Source of the DNA: Eledone cirrhosa
Lineage: Eukaryota
Reading direction: 5' to 3'
Assembly (NCBI GenBank): GCA_964016885.1
Contig: OZ024741.1
Coordinates: 216,194,001 to 216,258,000, forward strand
Length of the DNA stretch: 64,000 bases
In this document: positions 39,024 through 51,690 of the stretch, piece after piece
Layout: the number at the start of each line of letters is the position of its first letter
Position numbering within the stretch: the first letter of the stretch is position 1
Program-made: the position numbers and the translations under genes
Notes under the pieces: model-generated
Databases searched by the model: none
What the model was told of the DNA's origin: nothing
What the model saw: only the letters and a program-made list of their open reading frames with translations

Positions 39024-39222
39024 AGTGACTTACGTCCGCTACTGTTTGAAGCTCTCAACACGTGGAGGAGCTAGATAAATTTTGAGTATACGTTGGTTGT
39101 TTACCGACACCTGGGTATGCAGATTGGAGCACTCGACGACGTGCGCAGGTTGGTTTGGTTACTCCGGAGTAATGTAAAATAAAATGAATAAATCAAATAT
39201 TTAAAATTTGGCTTCGTTTATT

Positions 39223-39277
39223 ACTGCTATATATATTTCGGTGACAGCTATCTTTGGCTGTGACCTCTTCAGGCAGT
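39223..39277 (-). ncRNA. Type I hammerhead, family J, in the 5' pLTR
   Basis: Same sequence as 34656-34710. Confidence 0.9.
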
Positions 39278-39632
39278 TCGAATTGGTGTGGTAGAGACGA
39301 GTACACATGTTGTTGAGGTGTTTAACTTTGTTAATACTCTGATATGCCCAGTTCCTGGTTGGGTTGTTATTTCACTGAGGAACTGGAATCATATGAATTC
39401 GAACAAACGAATTTAAGCGTCCCATTGGTCAGTTGTGAGAACATTCCTCAATCAAAAGTCTATGGCTGTCACCGAAATATATATAGCAGTAATAAACGAA
39501 GCCAAATTTAATATATTTGACTTATTTATTTTATTTTACATTACTCCGGACTAACAAAACCAACCTGCGCACTTCGTCGAGTGCTCCAATCTGCATACGG
39601 AGGTATTGGTAAACAACCAACATATACTCAAA

Positions 39633-39673
<41 letters not shown>

Positions 39674-39839
39674 TAGGTAAATATACACGGGTGTGTATGA
39701 TTGTGTATAGAAGATTATATTGATAAGAGGAATTTCAACTTTGTCTGATTTACTAGTTTTATTTACAATCCTTTAAAATATATATAATATGGTATTATAA
39801 TGAAATAGTATGATAGAATATTAAATTCTAAGTGTTAAT

Positions 39840-39878
39840 TGAACAAGTACTTTCATGCTTTCGCAATCTTCAGGTTCA
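39840..39878 (-). ncRNA. Type I minimal hammerhead, family K
   Basis: Reverse complement of 42673-42711. Confidence 0.9.
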
Positions 39879-40252
39879 TGATATGTGGTGACAGCCGAGT
39901 TTGCAATTTTCAACTGTAATGAGAAGGGTAAATTTACTACCTTTTATACATTTTATACAGAGAAAAGTGGCTCCACAATGCAAAGCCCTGTAAACTGTAT
40001 TTCGACCAATCAGTGTGTAGTTTCACTGAATTACTACAGCTGATTGGTTTAAACGTCACGGCTGGTTGAGCATGCTAACGACCAATAGTCATACCCAACG
40101 TATCAATTGTTTTGCTTTTTGAAATGATGAAAATAGCATTTTCTATTAATCATCACCATCAACATCACTTTTATTATTATTATTATTGTTGTTGTTGTTG
40201 TTGTTAGTGGTCGTGGTCATAGTGGTAGTAGAAGTAATACCCCTAGGCGTTA

Positions 40253-41725
40253 TTATTGTTCATTTAGCTTGGGTTTGAATTTATCAATAAAATTCTTTTC
40301 TTTGATTTTTCTCTTGATTTCACTTGGGCTGTGTAATTTGTAGAATGGGAATATTATAAATATTCCCTGACCACATGTTGCCAGGTGGCCGCTTAGGGGT
40401 ATCTGACGGACATTTGGGTCTCTGATTTGTTGACGGTGTACCCGTGCACGTTCCGATAGTGCATTTCCAGTTTGACCGACATATAGTTCTTCACAATTCG
40501 GGCATTTAATGCAGTAAATTAGATTTCTGCTTTTGCAGTTCATATTTGCATTTGGGAATATTTTTCCAGTTTTTGTTTTCATATATTGACCGGCGTGTAT
40601 GGATTGACATGTGCCGCATCGATTATCATTGCGTTTAGATACAGTGAATGATTGGTCTTTGTTGTTAAGGTCAAACTTTGCTTTTGTTAGCAATTGCTTC
40701 AAATTTTTTGGCTGTCTTTTACTAAGAGTCAAAGATCGATCTGTGATTAAGCCTTTTAATTCATTACTTTGAGCAATGATCGGTAGGTTTGCTTTGGCAG
40801 TGTTGAATATATTCTGGTGACATGGGTTGTGTGTCATTATAAATGGTATGACCAGTTCTTGGTTTCTTCTTCCTTGGGTTGTTCTAAGTTGTTGTATAGG
40901 TATTTTTATAGCCCGCTGTATGCCATTTTCTATAAGTAGAGATGGGTATTTTTGTTTGAGCAAAAATTCTCTTAGTTCTGTTAGGCGTTTGTACCTGGTA
41001 TTCGTATCTTCTACAATGGTACACATTCTTCTGGTTAGGCAGTATGGGATGTTGCGTTTTGTATGAGGTGGATGGCACGACTTAAAATTCAGATATTGAT
41101 GGGTGTCTGTGTGTTTATAATATATATCCGTGGTAATGGTGGTGTCGTTTTTGATTATCATTATATCTAGGAATGGTAATTTGGTCCTACTCATCTCTTT
41201 TGTGAATTGGAGAGATGGGTGTAGGTTATTCAGGAGGATATTGAACTCATCCAGAGTATCTAGAGATTCTGTCCAGATGATGAAACAGTCGTCAAGGTAT
41301 CTCTTCCAAGATTTTTCAATGTACTTTCTAAAGTCAGTACTATATTTTTCCTCTATTTCTTGGTAGAGTTGTTGTTCTAAGTATCCCATTACAGAGTTCA
41401 CGTAAACGGGAGCAAACTTCGTTCCCATCGCTGTGCCTCTAATTTGGATGTAATTCTTTCCATTGAAGAAGAAAGTGTTGTTTTCCAGAATAAGTTTAAC
41501 TGCGTCTAATATAAATGGCGCTGTGAATCTGATGGGAATCACTTCTCTATGTTTTTCCACCCAGTATTTAATCGCCTTTATTCCTAAATCATGTGTAATG
41601 TTGGTGTAAAGGCTTGCCACATCAAAACTAAGTAGAAGTGAATTCGTTTCCGTGGTTTTGGGAAGATGGGACAGGAAGTCGATATCATCCCGGATGAAAC
41701 TGGGTATGTGAATACATAGTGGATT
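40253..41725 (-). pseudogene. PLE RT (partial) + Cys linker + GIY-YIG, 5'-truncated
   Basis: Open frame with RT motifs and GIY-YIG; upstream part of the ORF is missing. Confidence 0.92.
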
Positions 41726-41760
41726 TAGGAATAAAGGCGGTTAAATACTGGGTGGAAAAA

Positions 41761-42295
41761 CCTACCGATCATTGCTCAAAGTAATGAATTAAAAGGCTTA
41801 ATCACAGATCGATCTTTGACTCTTAGTAAAAGACAGCCAAAAAATTTGAAGCAATTGCTAACAAAAGCAAAGTTTGACCTTAACAACAAAGACCAATCAT
41901 TCACTGTATCTAAACGCAATGATAATCGATGCGGCACATGTCAATCCATACACGCCGGTCAATATATGAAAACAAAAACTGGAAAAATATTCCCAAATGC
42001 AAATATGAACTGCAAAAGCAGAAATCTAATTTACTGCATTAAATGCCCGAATTGTGAAGAACTATATGTCGGTCAAACTGGAAATGCACTATCGGAACGT
42101 GCACGGGTACACCGTCAACAAATCAGAGACCCAAATGTCCGTCAGATACCCCTAAGCGGCCACCTGGCAACATGTGGTCAGGGAATATTTATAATATTCC
42201 CATTCTACAAATTACACAGCCCAAGTGAAATCAAGAGAAAAATCAAAGAAAAGAATTTTATTGATAAATTCAAACCCAAGCTAAATGAACAATAA
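41761..42295 (+). pseudogene. Inverted copy of the PLE GIY-YIG domain
   Basis: Protein identical to the C-terminus of 40253-41620. Confidence 0.92.
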
Positions 42296-42459
42296 TAACG
42301 CCTAGGGGTATTACTTCTACTACCACTATGACCACGACCACTAACAACAACAACAACAACAATAATAATAATAATAATAAAAGTGATGTTGATGGTGATG
42401 ATTAATAGAAAATGCTATTTTCATCATTTCAAAAAGCAAAACAATTGATACGTTGGGTA

Positions 42460-42612
42460 TGACTATTGGTCGTTAGCATGCTCAACCAGCCGTGACGTTT
42501 AAACCAATCAGCTGTAGTAATTCAGTGAAACTACACACTGATTGGTCGAAATACAGTTTACAGGGCTTTGCATTGTGGAGCCACTTTTCTCTGTATAAAA
42601 TGTATAAAAGGT
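42460..42612 (+). promoter_or_regulatory. Candidate Pol II promoter in the pLTR (CCAAT boxes + TATAAAA)
   Basis: ATTGG/CCAAT motifs at ~42465, 42504 and 42541; TATAAAA at 42594 and 42603, about 70 nt upstream of the hammerhead. Confidence 0.5.
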
Positions 42613-42672
42613 AGTAAATTTACCCTTCTCATTACAGTTGAAAATTGCAAACTCGACTGTCACCACATATCA

Positions 42673-42711
42673 TGAACCTGAAGATTGCGAAAGCATGAAA
42701 GTACTTGTTCA
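42673..42711 (+). ncRNA. Type I minimal hammerhead, family K
   Basis: tgaac CTGAAGA t tgc gaaa gca t GAAA gtac TT gttca. Confidence 0.9.
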
Positions 42712-42825
42712 ATTAACACTTAGAATTTAATATTCTATCATACTATTTCATTATAATACCATTATATATATTTTAAAGGATTGTAAATAAAACGAGTAAA
42801 TCAGACAAAGTTGGAATTCCTCTTA

Positions 42826-42860
<35 letters not shown>

Positions 42861-43054
42861 TTGTTTGACCCAAATTACTTGATCGTATTTTTTTGGCTGT
42901 GCGAATGATTGTTTAAACATCGTCTCAGTGTGTTTGGTATTAAACGTTAGTTATAGCTCTGGTTCATCCGACCAATTGTGCACTTTGTGGCACATTTCGG
43001 AGATTGTTTTTCGTTATTTCGTGGGCCGAAGTTTCGATTCTCGATAATTTTATT

Positions 43055-43122
<68 letters not shown>

Positions 43123-43262
43123 AGAAGGTAGTACAGCATAATCGAAGCTCTGGTTGCGGCCAAGCTAACGAATGCAGACGGGAAGTGCAGCCAATAGCAC
43201 TCAGTAAGGAATTTTACCTTAGAGTTATAACACTACGTTTAGACAGCTGTGCAAATTGAAGA

Positions 43263-43376
43263 CAGGGACCGCTGAGCAGTTTCACGGGGGCCCCACGAGG
43301 ATAGGGGGCCCATTTCTATGTTTATTCCAGTGCTCTGCTTTGTCAGGGGGCCTATAATGCTGTTAAGACGTCCCTG
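43263..43376. mobile_element. Small hAT-like MITE
   Basis: CAGGGA...TCCCTG termini with internal GGGCCC motifs. Confidence 0.4.
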
Positions 43377-43395
43377 TGTATATATATATATATAT

Positions 43396-43431
<36 letters not shown>

Positions 43432-43475
43432 ATATATATATATATATATATACAATATATATATATATATATATA

Positions 43476-43972
43476 TTGTTATATTTGGGGAGGGTCATAT
43501 TTGCGTAATATTGCCAGAATTAATAACAGAACACACTCACTGTTTGGTTGGTTTTCGCTTCTCGCTGTCTTTTATATCGGTAATCTAACTTACTCGGTCC
43601 TCAATGTTGCCATTGACTGACCGGCGGTCAAAAATAATACAGATACAATATAGACACAAACACATATATATAGTTTACATAATTTACATAAATCTTTCGT
43701 TGCACATCTGCAACATCGTCAGTGGTGTTATATTCATTGTTCCTCCTGTTGTGTTGTATGTCTACGCCATTTTTTTTTGTTCAGTCTGTCTATATATTTA
43801 TTTATTTATTTGCTTGATTGTTTATCTTATTTTATTTTGTCTTCTTTGCGCATGCGTTTGCGTGTGTTCTGTTATTAATTCTGGCAATATTACGCAAATA
43901 TGACCCTCCCCAAATATAACAATATCTGTTTCGACACACGATTTCATATAAAAAACCTCGCAAAACTAATTC
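43476..43972. mobile_element. Fold-back pLTR mini-element related to family D, with a decayed hammerhead (43686-43727, minus strand)
   Basis: 43476-43536 is inverted relative to 43862-43923. Minus strand: ca CTGACGA t gttgca gatg tgcaac GAAA gatt TA tg. Confidence 0.7.
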
Positions 43973-43984
43973 ATATATATATAT

Positions 43985-44431
<447 letters not shown>

Positions 44432-44434
44432 GTG

Positions 44435-44495
<61 letters not shown>

Positions 44496-44578
44496 CGAGA
44501 GAGGGAGAGAGAGAAAGAGAGAGAGAGAGAGGGGGGGACAAAGAGTGAGAGAGGGAGAGAGAGAAAGAGAGAGAGGGA

Positions 44579-44632
<54 letters not shown>

Positions 44633-44659
44633 GAGAGAGAGATGTATTTATGTATATAA

Positions 44660-44691
<32 letters not shown>

Positions 44692-44692
<1 letters not shown>

Positions 44693-44862
44693 CGTTATTC
44701 CGGGTTGAATCGGAGGTAACCACAGTAAGTAAGGTACTCAATACATAGCAGAGTATAACAGTTTTAATATAGATGAGATTCTACAGGACTAGAACTGTTT
44801 CATTCATTAGAAATCATCATGAAACAGTTCTAGTCCTGTAGAATCTCATCTATATTAAAACT
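44692..44862. mobile_element. Fold-back pLTR mini-element (family B)
   Basis: 44761-44802 is inverted relative to 44820-44861; homologous to 12775-12955. Confidence 0.8.
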
Positions 44863-44887
44863 AATATATATATATATATATATATAT

Positions 44888-45492
44888 ACAGAAGTATCCA
44901 CTGTAAGTTGTGGGGTCTATTCTGTATGAAGAACTCAATGTAATCCATATGTTGAAAATGTTGTAGGTTAAGATAAATCTCAGAAAACAATAAAACATTA
45001 AAAGGAATGATATAAGTTAAAACAATGAAATAAAAAATCAAGTCATTAGAGATATACTTCACTGATTACGATCGTTTCTAGATGATGATAATACATTGTA
45101 TCTATACCCAGTTATTGATCTATGTAAGTTTACAAACTATCAGATAGAGAGAATATTTACTTACATGCATATCACCCGGAGTAACCAAACCAACCTGCGC
45201 ACTTCGTCGGGTGATCCAATCTGCATACTCAGGTGTCGGCAAGAAACCAACATATACTCAAAATTTATCTAGCTCCTCCACGTGTTGAACGCTTCAAACA
45301 GTAGTGATGCTTTTGAAAACAGCTAGTGATATGCATCTAAGTAAATATTCTCTCTATCTGATAGTTTGTAAACTTACATAGATCAATAACTGAATATAGA
45401 TACAATGTATTATCACCATCTAGAAACGATCGTAAAGCAGTGAAGTATATCTCTAATGACTTGATTTTTTATTTCATTGTTTTAACTTATAT
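44888..45492. mobile_element. Chimeric fold-back (family I-related arms, family J tail in the loop)
   Basis: ~45010-45174 is inverted relative to ~45326-45492. 45175-45305 matches the reverse complement of 39040-39168. Confidence 0.8.
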
Positions 45493-45499
45493 ATATATA

Positions 45500-46006
45500 T
45501 ATTTCGTTTCTGAATTTGTTTAGCAAGATTCTTTATCTGAAAACGTGTGCTGAAACCGATATTGTTATACTTTGGGAAGGTCATGTTGCCAATAAGAAAC
45601 ACACGCACCAGTTGCTTTCACTCCAATTTATTATAAATTAAATTTATATATTTAAGAATTTATATATTTCCGGTTGGTTGGTTGGTTGGTTCCACAACCG
45701 GACGGTTGTTCATATATTGTCAAAGTTCTTTCGTCACACATCCTGCCACCTCTTCAGTGACTGGGGATTCTTTTCTTTGTTTTGCGCCTCTCCTTTGTTC
45801 TGTCCTACGCCATCTTGTTTTTGTGTCGTAGGACAGAACACAGAATGTGTGACGAAAGAACTTTGACAATATATGAAGAACCCTCCGGTTGTGAAACCAA
45901 CCGGAAATTTATAAATTCTTAAATTTATAAATTTAATTAATAATAAATTGGAGTGAAAGCACTGGTGCGTGTGTTTTTTATTGGCAACATGACTCTCCCA
46001 AAGTAT

Positions 46007-46012
<6 letters not shown>
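45500..46012. mobile_element. Fold-back pLTR mini-element (family D) with a hammerhead at 45719-45761 (minus strand)
   Basis: 45559-45740 is inverted relative to ~45845-46012. gtca CTGAAGA...tgtgac GAAA gaac TT tgac. Confidence 0.8.
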
Positions 46013-46043
<31 letters not shown>

Positions 46044-46599
46044 GACAGGGGGGAAGAAAAAATGGCTTCACTTGTGCTTTCAACAAATTTATTTTCTTCA
46101 CAAAATCCAAAAAGAATTTTTCTTAAAAAAAATTATTTTATAAATTAAGTTGTTGGTTGTTGGTTAGGTCTTAGGTGTTCTTGGTTAACGTAGGAGGTAT
46201 TGTTTCGTTTTTAGAAAGACCTTTCACGCTGAGGTGCGCTTGTCAAACTAATGTGTATGTGGTGTGTTGTTCTATATATAGGGATTTAACATGTCTGTGG
46301 TGTGGTGGGGGTTTCTTTTCTCCCCCTTTAATAAGTGCATGGGTGTAGGCGTGTTGAAAAAGTGTTCATAGCAGTAATGAGTTGAGACGGTGAGTAGGGT
46401 TGGGTGGGGAGAAATGTAGCAAGTGCGGCCTGCCCCGGTCATTCTCGAAAAATTCGTTTATTCAGGGGAAAAAGCTTTTAGCATTGTGTTGAGAATGGTC
46501 ACAGGCAAATCGCACCTGTCAAGTTTGTGAATAATTCTTTTTTTCTTCTTTTTTTCCTGAGAATTTTTCTACGTCTATCCCAAAGTTAGTCCTTTGTTC

Positions 46600-46828
46600 A
46601 ACACACACATATGTGCGTATATACGTACATACACACACGGGCATATGTAGGAATATATAGGCACACACCATCAATCACACACCCATGCACAAACACATAC
46701 ATACACACAAACATATAGAGACACATATAAAAAAACACACATATACATACGTACACACACGAATATGTACTCATACCTCCACATGGGTATATATATACAT
46801 ATATACACATACACATACACATACACAT

Positions 46829-46861
<33 letters not shown>

Positions 46862-46930
46862 CATAAATATACACATACACATACACACACATACCTCATA
46901 TATATATATATTATATATATACACACACGC

Positions 46931-46963
<33 letters not shown>

Positions 46964-47198
46964 TACATACTATACATACATACATACATACATACATAAA
47001 GATACATAACTAAATATACATATATACACATACACGCACACATACACACACATACACACACGCACGTGTATACACACACACACACACACACCACTACATA
47101 TGTCCGTATATATCCCCTCCGTATCACGACATACATGCATACACACACACACACACACACATACATCTATATATATATACACATATAAAGAGAGAGGC

Positions 47199-47249
<51 letters not shown>

Positions 47250-47481
47250 CACATACATACACATACACATACATATATGTACACATAAACACATACAGAC
47301 ACATACACACATATACACATACATATACACATACATATATATCCATATATATATATATATATACACATACATATACACACATATATATATATACATATAC
47401 ATATATACACATACATACACATACACATACACATACACATACAAGTACATACATACACACATACATACATACACATACATG

Positions 47482-47527
<46 letters not shown>

Positions 47528-47915
47528 TACATACATATATATATACATATATATACACATACACACACATACATACACACATACATATATACATATATAT
47601 ATATATATGTGCGTACACACGAGCACATAAAGACACATATACACATACACATACATATACATATATATACATATATATACACATACATCTACATACATAC
47701 ATACATATACACAAACAGAAAACATACACATATGTACACACATATATACATATATGCACATACATACACACACACACATATATATATAGGTACATACACA
47801 TACATACACACACACATAAACATACATATCTATCCATATATATATATATATACACACACATATATATACAAACATACACATACATACATGCACATATACA
47901 CACATATACACACAT

Positions 47916-47958
<43 letters not shown>

Positions 47959-48009
47959 ATATATATATATATATGATACACACACATACAAACATACACA
48001 CATCCATAC

Positions 48010-48059
<50 letters not shown>

Positions 48060-48120
48060 CCACATACATATATACCCACACGTACATACATCCATACATC
48101 CCTACACACACATATGTGTG
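46600..48120. repeat. Compound (CA/TA)n low-complexity microsatellite tract
   Basis: Direct inspection. Confidence 0.95.
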
Positions 48121-48199
48121 TGTTTCACCGTTCACTCAGATATTCATGTGTATACATAAGAAGAGGGGGGGGTAGTGAAATGGAATTTTACCTCCGAGT

Positions 48200-49245
48200 G
48201 TTAATTCATTTTTTCGTGTTCAGTAGTGGTTTAAATTTTCAATGAAGAATTCTTCTTTATATCTGCGGAAATGTTCGTTATCCGACCATATCTTGAAGAA
48301 AGGGAAGATTGTGAATTTTCCCTTCCGCATGATGCAAAGTGTGCGCTACATGTGGTATTTCTGACTGTGGGGTCTTTAATCTGTTGTTTATGTACCCGGA
48401 CTCTATCATGTAATCCCGTTCCTATCATGTAATCCCGTTCCGGTTTCCCCAATGTAATACTCTTTACACTGTGGACATGTTGCGCAATATATTAGGTTTT
48501 TCGTTTTGCAGTTCATGTTAGCATTGACCTTGAAATTATCATGGTTTTTGAAGGACAACTGTTTGCCCTCTTCGATGAGTTCACAGGTTCCACATCTAGG
48601 GTCCCCGCATTTCGTCACTTGCATTGATTCCATGTTGGTCGTAAATTTTGCCTTGGTAATTAGTTTTTTAAGGTTGGGTGCTTGGCGTCTGCTATAAATT
48701 ATCTGTGTGTTTTTTAAAAAGTGCATTCATTTTGGTAGATTGCTGTAGAATCGGGAGATACTGCTTAGCAGTTTTCACAATGTTGATGTTCCCTGGGTTG
48801 TGAGTGATGACAAAAGAGATAGCAGGCTTTTCTTTTTTATGTTGTGGGTTTGGTTTTCTCAGTGTTGTTATTGGGATGTTCTTAGCCTTGGAGATGGCTG
48901 CGTTGATGAGTTTCATCGGGTATTCTTGTTTTTTAAGGAATTTTTTCAGGTCACATAATCTTTTTTCTTGTAGTACGAGGTGTGTTGCTATAGTGCAAAT
49001 GCGCCTTGCCATGTTGAAGGGAATGTTCCTTTTCGTATGTGAGGGGTGTGCTAACCGGAAATTTAAGTATTGGTGTGTGTCAGTGGGTTTGCAAAATAGG
49101 TCCGTTATGATATTTTCCCCTTCTTTAATGATGAGGATATCTAGAAAGGGCAGTTCCTTTTCGTTACATTCCATAGTGAATTGTATGGCTTCATGAAGCC
49201 TGTTTAGGATCGAATAAAATTTTTGTAGGTCTGTTTGGCTTCTGT
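48200..49245 (-). mobile_element. Neptune-like PLE fragment (RT thumb + GIY-YIG), frameshifted
   Basis: LPFLDILI...PTDTHQYL...[10 protein letters not shown]; KCGDPRCGTC...LIYCATCPQC...YIGETG. Confidence 0.9.
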
Positions 49246-49274
49246 TATATATATATATATATATATATACATAC

Positions 49275-49365
<91 letters not shown>

Positions 49366-49383
49366 CATATATATATATACATA

Positions 49384-49414
<31 letters not shown>

Positions 49415-49814
49415 GTATGCATAATAGATAAATAGAGAAATAGAGAGAGGGGGAAGAAGAGGGGAGATAATCCCGGATATATAATACTATAATCTACCAA
49501 ACAGGTGAATTTATGATCGACTTTTCCAAATATTTATGACAAATAAATACCTTTCCCTTTCACATTGCTGCGGCGGAAATCGCTGTGGGTTAGCTTGACC
49601 GGCTAGAAATAACAGCCGAAACTTCCTTGATATTATTTCCCTGAAGAAATAAAGAAATATAACGAAAGACGCTTTTAGAAATGCACACCTGGATATATAA
49701 ATGACGAGGTGGTCAAATCTGGAATGTCTTTGTTTCTAGGTCTCTTCTAACTATACTAACATATTATTAATCTCCAACAGCAACAAAACAACAACAGTGT
49801 ACATGTACAGATGT

Positions 49815-49957
49815 CAGACGCTATGCTTTTCAGCATAGTTACATCCCTTTACGGTCTGAGTTCAAATCCCGCTTAGGTTAACTTTGCCTTTCCTCCTTAC
49901 GGGGTCGATAAAATAAAGTACCAGTAATGCACTGGGATAACTGCTGGCCTTGTGCAA
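49815..49957 (+). mobile_element. tRNA-derived SINE fragment
   Basis: B box and central domain as in the 28310 array. Confidence 0.75.
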
Positions 49958-50712
49958 AAAATATATACTGGAATTATTTCAGTTGACAGATATGATGTGT
50001 AGCTTAGGGGATCAGGAACTCACTCCGGATAAAGATGCTATTTCTCCGAATTGATGAATTATAGCTGCGATACTATAAACATGTGGTTAGAATGTCTAAG
50101 AAAAGAATCGCTGGACAGATTTTACGAGCAAAGTCAGCAGGCAAGAGAAAACATGAGGCAGACAACGAGCAAGATCGTTGGGTAACATCCATAAGTTCGG
50201 CTGTTGCTGCTATTAATATTTAAGCCCATGTCAGCTCGAACTGAGCAGACCTATGATTAAAGGAATTCTAGCTGTACGACAATGGTTTCTTTCGGCAGGT
50301 ATGTACGGCCACTTTATTTACTCTGTGCTTTCTTGATGATAGAATATAACAAAAGGTTATTTGGCTGATATTTAATGCAGGGTAAGCACATGATTATTTA
50401 AACGCTCCCTCACTTGCTTGTGACTGTTCTGATACAATCAAATCGGTAATTTAGTTTTAAAACTGTTGGCGGTAAACCAACTGCGAGGTTTTTGATATAT
50501 GGTAGAGAAGACTAGCAGGATTGGTTTTATTGAAAGCTCAGCATTCAATGACAAATGAATGGCTCTGTACAAATAGATAGAGCTTTGGCTATGTGGTTAA
50601 CAAGTTTGGTTCACACGGAACGGTACTTTGGGTAAGTATTTTCTACTATAGCGTCAGGTTGTCTAATGCCTTGTCAATGAAATTTAATGGCCGGCGTCTG
50701 GGCGGAATTCTG

Positions 50713-50827
<115 letters not shown>

Positions 50828-51499
50828 ATGATAAGAAACTAAAGGAGCTGTGTGGTTACTGTAAACAAAGTTTAAGATGGTAGTATGGATGAAGCAAGAG
50901 AAGAAATTAAGAAAAATATCCTTCATCAGCTGTAAACCGAGATCAAGATGTGTTTAACCGCTGAAACATCTTGAACTCGGTTTACAGCTAATGAAGGATT
51001 CTTTTCTTCTTTTCTTTTCTTCTCTTGTTTCGTCCATACTACCATCTTAAACGAAAAGATATAGATATATATGTGTGTGTGTGTGAGAGAGAGAGTGTGT
51101 GTGTGTGTGTGTGTGTGCGTGTTTGTGTGCATGAGTGCGTGTCCGTATCTGCGTTTACGTTTACTGTTTCCTTATGTCTCGTAACTTAACGGTTCCACAA
51201 GAAGGAATCGAGAAAATAATTACCAAACATAAAACCTAAGCACTTGGGACAATATGATCAACGAGCTCCCTTCAATGTGGTGCCCCAGCATGGCCGCAGT
51301 CTAATAATAGAAACAAGTAGAAACATTCTTATTTTACTTACTGCCACCCTGTCATGTTATTCGTTGTACTAAGTCTATTTACCCTTTTGCTACCAAACCG
51401 CATGAAACGACCCCTAGTTCTAACATACAAAACTGTTTATTTTAATGTGTTTATATTTATAGACCTGGAGAGGAGTTGGGCCCTGTCAGGTTTGAAATA

Positions 51500-51690
51500 A
51501 TTGTTTCTACTTTTGGCACAAGGCCAGCAATTACCCAGTGCATTACTGGTACTTTATTTTACCGACCCGGTAAGGATGAAAGGCAAAGTTAACCTCGGCG
51601 GGATTTTAACTCAGAATAGAAAGGGCCGTAACTCTATGCGTCAAAGCATGGTGTCCGACCCTCTACCGATACTGCCAATCCACCGCCCTA
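51500..51690 (-). mobile_element. tRNA-derived SINE, full length
   Basis: Reverse complement of the unit at ~28736. Flanked by the direct repeat ctgtcaggtttgaaataat (51483 and 51691), a candidate TSD. Confidence 0.8.

Larger units (their letters stand above)
34600..39637 (-). mobile_element. Near full-length Penelope-like element (Naiad-like ORF) with 3' pLTR, 5' tandem pLTR and inverted partial pLTR
   Basis: ORF from ATG 39023: SLKDIPLP...RMRWKAFHF, ADKTNN, RLIAPSKS, GGLYRDD, SNHP, CNCRNPELCPL, LIYGC...YIGAT, CKLCLSE. Broken by frameshifts and TAG/TAA stops. pLTRs at ~34600-34912 and ~39030-39462; inverted piece at 39463-39637. Confidence 0.93.
39712..42831. mobile_element. Neptune-like PLE forming a large fold-back (two 5'-truncated copies head-to-head)
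   Basis: Minus ORF 40253-41620 has GTAMGTKFAP, RYLDD, SCHPPH, RCGTC, LIYCIKCPNC, YVGQTG. ~39712-40791 is inverted relative to 41761-42831 (~1.07 kb, near identical). Confidence 0.95.
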
